Assembly (NCBI GenBank): GCA_945877755.1
Contig: CAMCSP010000003.1
Location: forward strand, 1 to 35,947
Origin: Rickettsia typhi
GTDB lineage: Bacteria; Pseudomonadota; Alphaproteobacteria; Rickettsiales; JABSSG01
Length of the DNA: 35,947 nt
Reading direction: 5' to 3'
Shown here in pieces: positions 1 through 8,626 of this stretch. The translations under genes and the position numbers were made by a program. Every line of letters begins with the position of its first letter. The stretch's first letter is position 1. A model generated the notes under the pieces. The model had not been told where the DNA came from and did not search any database. It saw only the letters and a list, made by a program, of their open reading frames with translations.

Positions 1-420
1 GACTATGGCAATCAAGACCTCGCAGGATATAAAGACAAAGATAACGGTTCTAAGCCTTGGATATCAAGTTCTTTGCATATTTCTCCTGAAGAACAGATTG
101 TCTTTTTACAAAAGTTAGTTGATAACAAATTGCCGGTAAGTCTTAAAGCCCAACAAATGACTAAGAATATTACTTTTATCGAAGAATTACCTGGTGGCTG
201 GAAGCTCTATGGCAAAACAGGAACTGGTGATCAGTGGAACAAAGAAAGAACAAAGCAAACAGATCTTCAATTTGGCTGGTTTGTTGGATGGGTTCAAAAA
301 GGCGATCGTGCTATCGTCTTTGCAAATTATGTTGAAGATAAAGACAAGCAAGATACTTATGCAAGTTTTCGTGCGCGAGATGCTGTAATAGCAAGATTGA
401 AGGAAATAGTGAGTCAATAG
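1..420 (+). CDS. Class D (OXA-type) beta-lactamase / penicillin-binding transpeptidase domain, 5'-truncated by the window edge
   Basis: Frame 1 is open from base 1: DYGNQD..WISSSLHISPEEQ..LYGKTGTG..GWFVGWV. YGN, W-x-x-x-S-L-x-I-S, KTG and GWFVGW are class D motifs. The catalytic STFK lies upstream of the window. Confidence 0.85.
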   Translation, partial: DYGNQDLAGYKDKDNGSKPWISSSLHISPEEQIVFLQKLVDNKLPVSLKAQQMTKNITFIEELPGGWKLYGKTGTGDQWNKERTKQTDLQFGWFVGWVQKGDRAIVFANYVEDKDKQDTYASFRARDAVIARLKEIVSQ

Positions 421-2121
421 TTATACAAAGCTATTTACATCTATCTGTTTGCTGTGATACTTCTTCAATTCCGTTGTATGAGCCATAGTAATTACAGTTG
501 AGTTTTTCAGATAATCACCAAGTAAACTAAACACAATTTTCTGCAAATCATCATCTAGTGATGAAGTTGGTTCATCCATAACCACCCATTTAGGCTTATG
601 TATCAGCAATCGAATAATTGCAATGCGTTGTTGTTCACCAGGAGATAAAATCATTCCCCAGTCCTGTTTTATATCAAGCGATTGAGTTAAATGACCAAGT
701 TTCAACAACTCTAATAATTTTATTATTTCTTCATCTTTGATTTTAATTTTGGATGGATAAGTTAGCACATTTCTCAGTGTAGAAATTGGCATATATGGTT
801 TTTGCGGAACGAAAAAAATCTGTTCAGATGGCAATAATATTTGCCCATGCCCATATGGCCATAATTCAGCTAAAGTTCTTACTAAGGTGCTTTTTCCAAC
901 CCCACTTTTGCCAGTGATTAAAATTTTATCCTTTAAGTTAATTTCAAAATTTATGTCTTTAATCAAAATTTTTCCTGTTGGGGTTGTAATAGTTAAATCT
1001 TCACAAACTAACTTTTTACCATTAGAGATAGTGACCAAAATTTTACTATGTTTACGCTGAATTTTTGCCTGATCTAAATGGTGTTCAAGTTGAATTAATC
1101 GTTGAGATGTTGCAAGCCATGCACTGATTATGGTAAATGATTTTACTATCATCGATAGCGAACCTTTTACCTGTTTAAATGCGTCAACTACTTGCATTAA
1201 TGTACCAAGTGTAAATACACCGATGAAAAACATTGGAGCGGCTACCAGTAACGGAAAGATTGTATCAAGCTGATAAAAAAGATTACGCCATATATCCAGA
1301 TAAAAAGTACGCATCACTATGGCATAAAAATTAGCTTTGATATCATCAAAGCAGTCTTTTAAGTTATGAATTTCAGGACTTATTTCTTTATGTAGTGCTA
1401 TTTCTTCACGTTTTTCACGAATTCTTACTAAAGAATAACGAAAATTAGCTTCATATTTTTCTTGGGCATAGTCTAAATGCACCAAAGGTTTCCCTATAAG
1501 AATAGTTATATAAGTTCCAACAATAGCATACAGCAATGCAATCCACACCAGATACCCAGAAACATCTATATTTATACCAATAATATTTTCTAGATTAAAG
1601 CTGCCTGATAAGTTCCATAAAATTACTAAAAATGAAACCAAGTTTATAGTCTCTTTAAAGAATACCAAAAATAATTCTAGGGAATTAAAAGCAAAACTCT
1701 TTAAATCCTCACTAATTCTTTGATCAGGGTTATCAGGATTTTGTGCTAACTGCATCACACGATAAAAATTATTATTCTTTAGCCATTTATGTGAAAGATG
1801 ATTAGTTAACCATTTCCGCCAAGTAAAACTCAAAATATTTTTAAAATAATAATTAATATTAAAAACAGCGACTAAAGCAAAAGTAATTGGAATAAAAACG
1901 AGGGCTTGTTTAAAAAACTCATGTTGGTTGCCATTTTGTAAGGCACTATATAGTTTATTATTCCATTGATTGATCTCAACAAACCCATAAACAATCAGCA
2001 AATTTGAGATCAATACTACCAACAGCATTGCCCAAGCTTTTAGTTTTTGATCAGATTGCCAAAATGGGATAATTAATTGCCAAATTAATTTGAATTCTGT
2101 GAATGAATTTTCAGCCTTCAT
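421..2121 (-). CDS. Fused ABC transporter permease/ATPase, YddA/Rv1819c(BacA)/ABCD family; candidate flavin importer
   Basis: N-terminal TMD with NPDQRI and EANFR motifs, Walker A GKSGVGKST, PQKPY Q-loop, LSPGEQQR signature, Walker B VVMDE. ATG at 2121 has SD AAGGG 8 nt upstream (the track's TTG at 2127 is less likely). Confidence 0.9.
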   Translation of the reverse strand: MKAENSFTEFKLIWQLIIPFWQSDQKLKAWAMLLVVLISNLLIVYGFVEINQWNNKLYSALQNGNQHEFFKQALVFIPITFALVAVFNINYYFKNILSFTWRKWLTNHLSHKWLKNNNFYRVMQLAQNPDNPDQRISEDLKSFAFNSLELFLVFFKETINLVSFLVILWNLSGSFNLENIIGINIDVSGYLVWIALLYAIVGTYITILIGKPLVHLDYAQEKYEANFRYSLVRIREKREEIALHKEISPEIHNLKDCFDDIKANFYAIVMRTFYLDIWRNLFYQLDTIFPLLVAAPMFFIGVFTLGTLMQVVDAFKQVKGSLSMIVKSFTIISAWLATSQRLIQLEHHLDQAKIQRKHSKILVTISNGKKLVCEDLTITTPTGKILIKDINFEINLKDKILITGKSGVGKSTLVRTLAELWPYGHGQILLPSEQIFFVPQKPYMPISTLRNVLTYPSKIKIKDEEIIKLLELLKLGHLTQSLDIKQDWGMILSPGEQQRIAIIRLLIHKPKWVVMDEPTSSLDDDLQKIVFSLLGDYLKNSTVITMAHTTELKKYHSKQIDVNSFV

Positions 2122-2122
2122 A

Positions 2123-2158
2123 GTCAAAGCCCTTAATTTAAAAATTACAGGGTTTGAC
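2123..2158 (-). promoter_or_regulatory. RBS-sequestering hairpin (riboswitch expression platform)
   Basis: Minus strand GUCAAA-CCCU-G-UAAUU-UUUA-AAUUA-AGGG-C-UUUGAC-U-AUG buries the SD AAGGG. Confidence 0.7.
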
Positions 2159-2250
2159 CAAAATAAAAAACTGTTACTAACTAAGCACCATAAATGTCAC
2201 TTACGTGTACATCAATCAACACCTAACAAGCAAAGCTCGTTTAAAAATAG

Positions 2251-2395
2251 TCATCTTCTTTCATCCGGACTATAACCGTCGGCTTTGGCATCTCACCAAA
2301 TCTGCTGACCTTTTTCTTTGGAAAAAGCGCTCGCGGGCTCTTTTATTTTCAATAAAATACCGCCGGTAAGGAATTACACCTCACCCTGAAGATGA
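2251..2395 (-). ncRNA. FMN riboswitch (RFN element)
   Basis: Minus strand UCAUCUUCAGGGUGAGGUGUAAUUCCUUACCGGCGGU...AGCCCGCGAGCG...GUCAGCAGAUUUGGUGAGAUGCCAAAGCCGACGGUUAUAGUCCGGAUGAAAGAAGAUGA contains the RFN consensus blocks in order, with an 8-bp P1 UCAUCUUC/GAAGAUGA. Confidence 0.96.
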
Positions 2396-2399
2396 TTAG

Positions 2400-2428
2400 A
2401 ATATAGTTGCAGATAGTGGGAATGTCAA
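2400..2428 (-). promoter_or_regulatory. Sigma70 promoter for the FMN riboswitch leader
   Basis: TTGACA (2428-2423), 17 nt, TATATT (2405-2400). Predicted start about 2393, at the 5' end of P1. Confidence 0.8.
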
Positions 2429-2437
2429 GAAAAGCAC

Positions 2438-3778
2438 TTAGTTAAACAAATTCTTAATTCCGCTGCGCATCATCGCCTTCTGATCCATGCCGCCAAATCT
2501 TTTGAACATATTGGCCATTTCCATATGTTGTTTGAGTAAGCGATTAACATCAGAAACTTTCATTCCAGAGCCATTAGCGATTCTAATTTTTCTTGAAGCA
2601 TTTAGGATTTTTGGATTCCGTCTTTCAGCTTTGGTCATTGAAGAAATAATCGCTAATTGTCTTGCGATCATTTTGTCATCAATTTTTGCATCAGCTATTT
2701 TATCTTTCAAACCACCGAGGCCAGGGATCATGCCGATGAGACTACCTATGCCACCCATTTTATTCATATTTCTTAGTTGATCAGCTAAATGATTCAAATC
2801 AAACTGTCCTTTCTTAATCTGCTCCATCATTTTTTCAGAAGCTTTCTGATCCATGATTTCCGAAGCTTTTTCCACTAATGAAACTATATCACCCATTCCT
2901 AAAATTCGGGATGCAATTCTATCTGGATGGAATTCTTCTAATTCAGATAATTTTTCACCAGTGCCTAAAAGTTTTATCGGACAGTTTGTTATAAAGCTCA
3001 TGCTCAAAGCTGCACCGCCTCTGGAATCACCATCGATTCTGGTTAAAATAATTCCGGTAATACCAACTTTTTCATTAAAACTTTTAGCAACATTAACCGC
3101 ATCTTGCCCGGTTAAACTATCAGCAACTAGCAATGTTTCGATAGGTTTAGCAAGAGCTTTGACTTTAATCAGCTCATCCATCAATTCATCATCTATGTGC
3201 AACCTACCAGCAGTATCTAGAATCAATAAATCATATGATTGTAACTTTGCTTCTTTAAGCGCTCTTTTAGTTGTTTCAACTGGAGACTCATTCTCAATGA
3301 TTTCTGAAGAACTAACATTTGCTGTTTTTGCTAACACCGCTAACTGCTCTTTTGCAGCGGGTCTATAAACGTCTAATGATGCCAATAATATCTTTTTACT
3401 AGTCTTATATTTATTTGCAATTTTGGCACAAATAGTAGTTTTACCAGCACCTTGTAAACCAACCATCATGATGACTGCAGGTGGTGTTGTGGAAAGATTT
3501 AGCTTGCTATTTTTATGAGTTAATAACTCTACTAAACAGTCATTAACGATCTTAACAACCATTTGTCCTGGAGAGATGCTTTTTATTATCTCTTGGCCTA
3601 AAGCCTTATCTTTTATTTTCTTGGTAAATTCTTTGGCAACTGCTAAAGAAACATCGGCTTCTAAAAGTGCTACTCTGATTTCGCGTAAGGCTAAGTCAAT
3701 ATCCTCTTCTTTTAAAACGCCTTTACCAGTTAATTTGCTAAAGATTTTGTTTAAATTATCACTTAATCCGTCAAACAT
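2438..3778 (-). CDS. ffh: Signal recognition particle protein Ffh
   Basis: MFDGLS start, GLQGAGKTT, DTAGR, TRIDGDSRGGAALS, RILGMGD, Met-rich M domain. Confidence 0.98.
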   Translation of the reverse strand: MFDGLSDNLNKIFSKLTGKGVLKEEDIDLALREIRVALLEADVSLAVAKEFTKKIKDKALGQEIIKSISPGQMVVKIVNDCLVELLTHKNSKLNLSTTPPAVIMMVGLQGAGKTTICAKIANKYKTSKKILLASLDVYRPAAKEQLAVLAKTANVSSSEIIENESPVETTKRALKEAKLQSYDLLILDTAGRLHIDDELMDELIKVKALAKPIETLLVADSLTGQDAVNVAKSFNEKVGITGIILTRIDGDSRGGAALSMSFITNCPIKLLGTGEKLSELEEFHPDRIASRILGMGDIVSLVEKASEIMDQKASEKMMEQIKKGQFDLNHLADQLRNMNKMGGIGSLIGMIPGLGGLKDKIADAKIDDKMIARQLAIISSMTKAERRNPKILNASRKIRIANGSGMKVSDVNRLLKQHMEMANMFKRFGGMDQKAMMRSGIKNLFN

Positions 3779-3894
3779 AATCACAATATAAATAAGATAA
3801 AAAAACTATTTGACCAGATTAAACAATATCCCTTGAAAAAGCCACTATTTTATGGCAAAAGTTTTATGTAATTAAAACAATTTTAGGATGTATT

Positions 3895-4833
3895 ATGAAA
3901 AGAGCATGTGTTTTTCCAGGCCAAGGTTCCCAAGTAGTTGGTATGTGCAAGGATGTAGTGGAGAATTTCTCGGTAGCTAAGATGGTTATGCAGGAGGTAG
4001 ATGATGCTTTAGGCCAGAGTTTATCAAGTATTATTTTATCAGGACCAGCAGAAGAACTTATTTTAACGGAAAATGCTCAACCCGCATTAATGGCTTGTTC
4101 AATTGCAATATTAAAAGTGATAGAAGAACAATCTAGAAAAAAATTACCAGAATTTTGTGATTATGTTGCTGGTCACTCTCTAGGAGAGTTTACGGCTCTT
4201 ACTGCTGCTGGCGTTTTTTCATTATCTGATTGCGCAAAGTTATTAAAAATTAGAGGCAAGGCTATGCAAGAAGCTGTACCTTACGGGCAGGGCGCAATGG
4301 TTGCTATACTTGGCACGAGCATGTATTCTGCGGAGGAAATTTCAGAAAAAGCTGGAAAGGTGGGATTATGTCAAATTGCTAATGATAATTCAACTGGACA
4401 GCAAGTTCTAAGTGGAACAAGTGAAGGAGTAGAGGAGGCGGTTAAGTTATCAATAATACGAGGTTATAGAACAATAAAGTTAAATGTAAGTGCACCATTT
4501 CATTGTCAGTTAATGCAAAAGGCACAAGATGCTTTAGAATTGGCTCTTGAAACAGTACAGGTTAATAATCCAAGCGTTCCATTGATTGCTAATTTTACTG
4601 CAAAACCTACAAGCGATAAAGATACTATTAAAGAATTGTTGATTAAACAAGTGACAGGAATGGTGAGGTGGAGAGAGACTATTCTAGAGTTAGATTCTTT
4701 AGGGGTTAATAATGTGGTAGAAATTGGTGCTGGCAGAGTCCTGTCAGGTTTATTCAAAAAAACTGCGCCAAATATTTTAGGGATATCAATACAAAATTGT
4801 CAAGATATAGAGGCTTTTGTACAAAATTTATAA
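3895..4833 (+). CDS. fabD: Malonyl-CoA:ACP transacylase
   Basis: FPGQGSQ, GHSLGE, VSAPFHC motifs. Confidence 0.97.
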   Translation: MKRACVFPGQGSQVVGMCKDVVENFSVAKMVMQEVDDALGQSLSSIILSGPAEELILTENAQPALMACSIAILKVIEEQSRKKLPEFCDYVAGHSLGEFTALTAAGVFSLSDCAKLLKIRGKAMQEAVPYGQGAMVAILGTSMYSAEEISEKAGKVGLCQIANDNSTGQQVLSGTSEGVEEAVKLSIIRGYRTIKLNVSAPFHCQLMQKAQDALELALETVQVNNPSVPLIANFTAKPTSDKDTIKELLIKQVTGMVRWRETILELDSLGVNNVVEIGAGRVLSGLFKKTAPNILGISIQNCQDIEAFVQNL

Positions 4834-4930
4834 TTCTGTGAATATTTTGCTACAAAATTAATAAGTTGTACTTTATAATTACAGAAAATAATAATTCTTA
4901 TTAACTTTATTTATATATCTAGGTGTTTTT

Positions 4931-6265
4931 ATGACAATCAATTTGCAAGCAGCTGAAAACATAGTTCTTAAACCAGTCATAACAGTTGTAGGGGTTGGCG
5001 GCGCTGGTGGGAATGCTGTAAATAATATGATAAATGCTAAATTACAAGGTGCAGAGTTTGTTGTCACAAACACAGATGCTCAGGCTTTAGAATATTCATT
5101 AGCTCCTAGAAAAATCCAACTTGGGAAAAAAGAAACACGTGGTCTTGGTGCTGGAGCTGCTCCTGAAGTTGGTGCTTCTTCTGCTAATGAATCTTTGGAA
5201 GATATTATGCAGCACTTGGGACAAAGTAATATAGTGTTTATTACTGCTGGTATGGGTGGTGGCACCGGTACTGGAGCTGCGCCAATTATTGCTAAAGCAG
5301 CAAAAGCTTCTGGTATATTAACCGTTGGTGTTGTTACAAAGCCATTTCTTTTTGAAGGCTCAAACCGTATGCGTATAGCAGAAAAAGGTATTGAGGAATT
5401 AGCAAAACATGTTGACACCTTAATCATTATTCCAAACCAAAATTTATTTAGAATTGCGAATGAGAATACTACCTTTGCGGATGCATTTAAGATGGCGGAT
5501 GATGTTTTGCATGCTGGTGTCAGAGGGATTACAGATTTAATGATTATGCCTGGTTTGATTAATTTGGATTTTGCAGATATTAAAACTACTATGAGCCAAA
5601 TGGGTAAAGCTATGATGGGAACTGGTGAAGCTGAAGGATCTGGTAGAGCTGTAAAAGCTGCAGAAGCTGCTATCGCTAATCCATTACTTGCGCATTCATC
5701 AATGAAAGGTGCTAAAGGTGTATTGATTAACATCACTGGTGGTCATGATATGACATTATTTGAAGTTGATGAAGCTGCTAACAGAATTAGAGAAGAAATA
5801 GAAAACGAAGATGCAAATATCATTTTTGGTTCTACTTTCAACACTGCTCTTGATGGTAAAATTAGAGTTTCTGTTGTTGCAACTGGTATTGATTCAGATA
5901 AGATTAATAATCAAGTTTCACAAAACAACCAAGCAATAGAAGAAGTGCTAGATGAATTAATAGAGCTAGACGAAACGTTAGAGAATCTTGCAAATGATCA
6001 AGAAGAAGATTCTGATATGTCTGAAGAATTAAATATTTATATCGGTCAGTCAGAAGATCAAGCTGCTAAGCAGCCTGAAAAAAAGAGCTTCTTTGGCTTA
6101 TCAGGTTTATTTGGTAAATTGATGAATCAATCAGGTTCTGATGATCAAATAAGCCCAGTGGCAAAGGTGGATCAAAAAGATCGTGTACCAGGGTTTGCAG
6201 ATTCTTATGAGGTTGATGATTTAGACGATATTCCTGCTTTCATCAGAAAACAAAATGATAAATGA
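4931..6265 (+). CDS. ftsZ: Cell division protein FtsZ
   Basis: GVGGAGGNA, tubulin signature [17 protein letters not shown]-terminal DIPAFIRK. Confidence 0.99.
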   Translation: MTINLQAAENIVLKPVITVVGVGGAGGNAVNNMINAKLQGAEFVVTNTDAQALEYSLAPRKIQLGKKETRGLGAGAAPEVGASSANESLEDIMQHLGQSNIVFITAGMGGGTGTGAAPIIAKAAKASGILTVGVVTKPFLFEGSNRMRIAEKGIEELAKHVDTLIIIPNQNLFRIANENTTFADAFKMADDVLHAGVRGITDLMIMPGLINLDFADIKTTMSQMGKAMMGTGEAEGSGRAVKAAEAAIANPLLAHSSMKGAKGVLINITGGHDMTLFEVDEAANRIREEIENEDANIIFGSTFNTALDGKIRVSVVATGIDSDKINNQVSQNNQAIEEVLDELIELDETLENLANDQEEDSDMSEELNIYIGQSEDQAAKQPEKKSFFGLSGLFGKLMNQSGSDDQISPVAKVDQKDRVPGFADSYEVDDLDDIPAFIRKQNDK

Positions 6266-6843
6266 AAACGTTACAATATTATAATATACATTTTTTAATT
6301 TCGACGTTCTTTGGGCTAGGTAAGACGCCAAAAATTCCAGGGACTATTGGTTCAATTGCTGCATTTCCTGTGGCCTACTATATTTTCAGTTTAGCGATTG
6401 CTGCGCATCATACATTATTCTTAGAGAGTGAAGTTATATTTTTTTGCATAATATTTTCACTGATTTCAACATTGATAATTTTTGTAATTGGCACTTATAG
6501 CGCTGATCGATATTCTAAATTAACAGAAATAAATGATCCGAAAGAAGTAGTGATAGATGAGGTTGTAGGGCAGATGCTTACAATTTTTTTAACAATTCCT
6601 TTTTCCTTTATGTTTCTGAGTAATTCTGTTCCTATAGATCTTCTTGTAATTATTAGTTTGTTAGTGAGTTTTATTTTATTTAGAATTTTTGATATTCTAA
6701 AACCATGGCCTATAAATTGGATTGATAAAAAAATCAAAGGCGGGTTTGGTATTATGCTAGATGATGTGATGGCAGCGATATTTGCTATTGTTGTGTATGA
6801 TGCCGTTTTAATATATATAATAGACTATTTTACAACAAAATGA
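6262..6843 (+). CDS. pgpA: Phosphatidylglycerophosphatase A
   Basis: [40 protein letters not shown] overlap with ftsZ. Confidence 0.95.
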   Translation: MKTLQYYNIHFLISTFFGLGKTPKIPGTIGSIAAFPVAYYIFSLAIAAHHTLFLESEVIFFCIIFSLISTLIIFVIGTYSADRYSKLTEINDPKEVVIDEVVGQMLTIFLTIPFSFMFLSNSVPIDLLVIISLLVSFILFRIFDILKPWPINWIDKKIKGGFGIMLDDVMAAIFAIVVYDAVLIYIIDYFTTK

Positions 6844-7340
6844 TTCAGGTTAAGCATCTTGATCTTATTAAAAAAATCTTTGATTGTTGTGCTAAATATA
6901 GTTTGAAGATCTGTATTGTTGAGTCTTGTACCGGAGGTCTACTAGCTGCTTACTTTACATATCTATCCGGCTCATCTGAATTTTTTGATAAAGCTATTGT
7001 TAGTTATTCAAATAATGCCAAAGTTGATTTGCTGAATATACCAAAAGAAGTCTTAGAAAATTATGGGGCTGTGAGTTTTGAGATTGCTACATTAATGGCT
7101 CAAAATTTGAGTAAGAGTCAGGATAAATATATAAGTATAGCTATAACAGGACTGCTAGGACCTAATGATGATGGTAGTGGCAAACCAGTGGGGTTAGTCT
7201 ATATAGCTGTTAATATTAGAAATGAATCTTTAAGAGTTAAGAAATTAATGCTCAAAGGTGATCGTTATGATATGCAAGAACAAGTTATTAATCATGCGTT
7301 GAATTTAACTATTGAGAGTTTGAGTTATGTTCAAGAATAA
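6840..7340 (+). CDS. cinA: CinA C-terminal domain protein / NMN deamidase (PncC-like)
   Basis: ESCTGGL, SGSS, YSNNAK, GAVS, ITG..GP..KPVGLVYIA. ATGA overlap with pgpA. Confidence 0.9.
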   Translation: MIQVKHLDLIKKIFDCCAKYSLKICIVESCTGGLLAAYFTYLSGSSEFFDKAIVSYSNNAKVDLLNIPKEVLENYGAVSFEIATLMAQNLSKSQDKYISIAITGLLGPNDDGSGKPVGLVYIAVNIRNESLRVKKLMLKGDRYDMQEQVINHALNLTIESLSYVQE

Positions 7341-8526
7341 GAAAATCCTGTTAGGAATTACGGGTAGCATTGCTGCTACTAAATGTATTGATTTGGTTCA
7401 ACAACTGTTATCAAAAAAAGTACAACTAAAAATAGTGCTTACATCAGCTGCAGAATATTTTGTTTCAATGGAATCATTAAAAAAAGCTCTTGGGACGGAG
7501 GATGTTTATAAAGCTTCTGACCTATTTAACTCAGAGGATGAAATGCTTCATATAGAGCTAGCACGATTTCCTGATGTTATACTAATTGCTCCGGCAAGTG
7601 CAAATTTTATTGCAAAATTAGCTAGTGGGTTTGCAGATGATTTGCTTTCCTCAATATGCGTTGCTTCTGGTAGTGAGATTGCAATTTCCCCAGCGATGAA
7701 TCAACAAATGTGGCACAATCTTTTCACTCAGGAAAATATCCAGAAATTAAAAAATAACGATGTAAAAATTATTGGACCTACTGAAGGATTGCAAGCATGT
7801 GGTGATTATGGCTATGGTCGTATGCTGGAGCCGGTAAAAATTGTTGAAGATTTAGAACAATTATTTGCATATCGAAAATTACTTGTTGGAAAAAAAATTT
7901 TGATTACTGCCGGCCCAACAATAGAACAAATTGATGCTGTTAGATATATCTCAAATTTTAGTTCTGGTAAAATGGGTTATGCTATAGCACAATCTGCTCA
8001 AAAAATGGGGGCAGAAGTTGTGTTAATTAGTGGCTCAACAAATCTTACAAAACCTGCTGGTATTAAAACAGAAAATATAAATTCTGCGAATGATATGTTA
8101 AACAAGGTTTTTGAGCATATTGCTCAAGCGGATATTTTTATTGCTTGCGCAGCGGTGGCTGATTATACACCTATAGTTACTCATCAAAATAAAATAAAAA
8201 AACAACAGAATAATCTTCAACTAGAGCTTAAACCAACTGTCGATATAGTAAAAGAAGTAGCAAAAATGAAGGACAAGATATTTGTTGTTGGGTTTGCTGC
8301 TGAGACTGATGATGTGCTTGGATATGCACAGAAGAAATTGAGCGATAAAAACCTGGATATGATTGTTGTAAATGATGTATCTGACGGCGCTGTTTTTGGT
8401 AGGGATGTTAATCAAGTATCAATACTAACAAAGCATTCTCAACAATTTACACACACTTCACCACAAAGTAAAAAAAACATAGCGGACATTATCCTGCAAC
8501 GCATTGCACAAGAAATAAATAACTAG
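7327..8526 (+). CDS. coaBC: Bifunctional phosphopantothenoylcysteine decarboxylase/synthetase
   Basis: GITGSIAA, HIELA, PAMN, ACGDYGYGRM, TAGPTIE, SNFSSGKMG, AAVADY, VGFAAET. Confidence 0.97.
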   Translation: MFKNKKILLGITGSIAATKCIDLVQQLLSKKVQLKIVLTSAAEYFVSMESLKKALGTEDVYKASDLFNSEDEMLHIELARFPDVILIAPASANFIAKLASGFADDLLSSICVASGSEIAISPAMNQQMWHNLFTQENIQKLKNNDVKIIGPTEGLQACGDYGYGRMLEPVKIVEDLEQLFAYRKLLVGKKILITAGPTIEQIDAVRYISNFSSGKMGYAIAQSAQKMGAEVVLISGSTNLTKPAGIKTENINSANDMLNKVFEHIAQADIFIACAAVADYTPIVTHQNKIKKQQNNLQLELKPTVDIVKEVAKMKDKIFVVGFAAETDDVLGYAQKKLSDKNLDMIVVNDVSDGAVFGRDVNQVSILTKHSQQFTHTSPQSKKNIADIILQRIAQEINN

Positions 8527-8626
8527 AACTTTTATAACAACTTTAAGTTGCAAAACTTCAGTAAACTTGTTTACTTTTGTACTAGTTTTGTGTAGTTTGG
8601 TTTGAATAAAAAGGCGAAATATCAGC

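Noticed and set aside
2119-2135. AGGGCTTT shared just before the start codons of the ABC transporter and the MFS (35564-35557)
   Set aside because: Most simply a shared SD-like context; 8 nt is too short to claim a common regulator.
2090-2275. 61-aa plus-strand ORF
   Set aside because: Antisense to the riboswitch platform and transporter start; no recognisable motif.
2487-3791. Plus-strand ORFs opposite ffh, and similar shadow ORFs opposite ftsZ, ruvA, nhaA, coaX and the MFS
   Set aside because: Antisense shadows of well-supported genes, with no motifs of their own.
4855-4920. Possible CtrA box (TTAA-N7-TTAA) upstream of ftsZ
   Set aside because: Best match TTAA-ctttatt-TATA is degenerate and expected by chance in AT-rich DNA.
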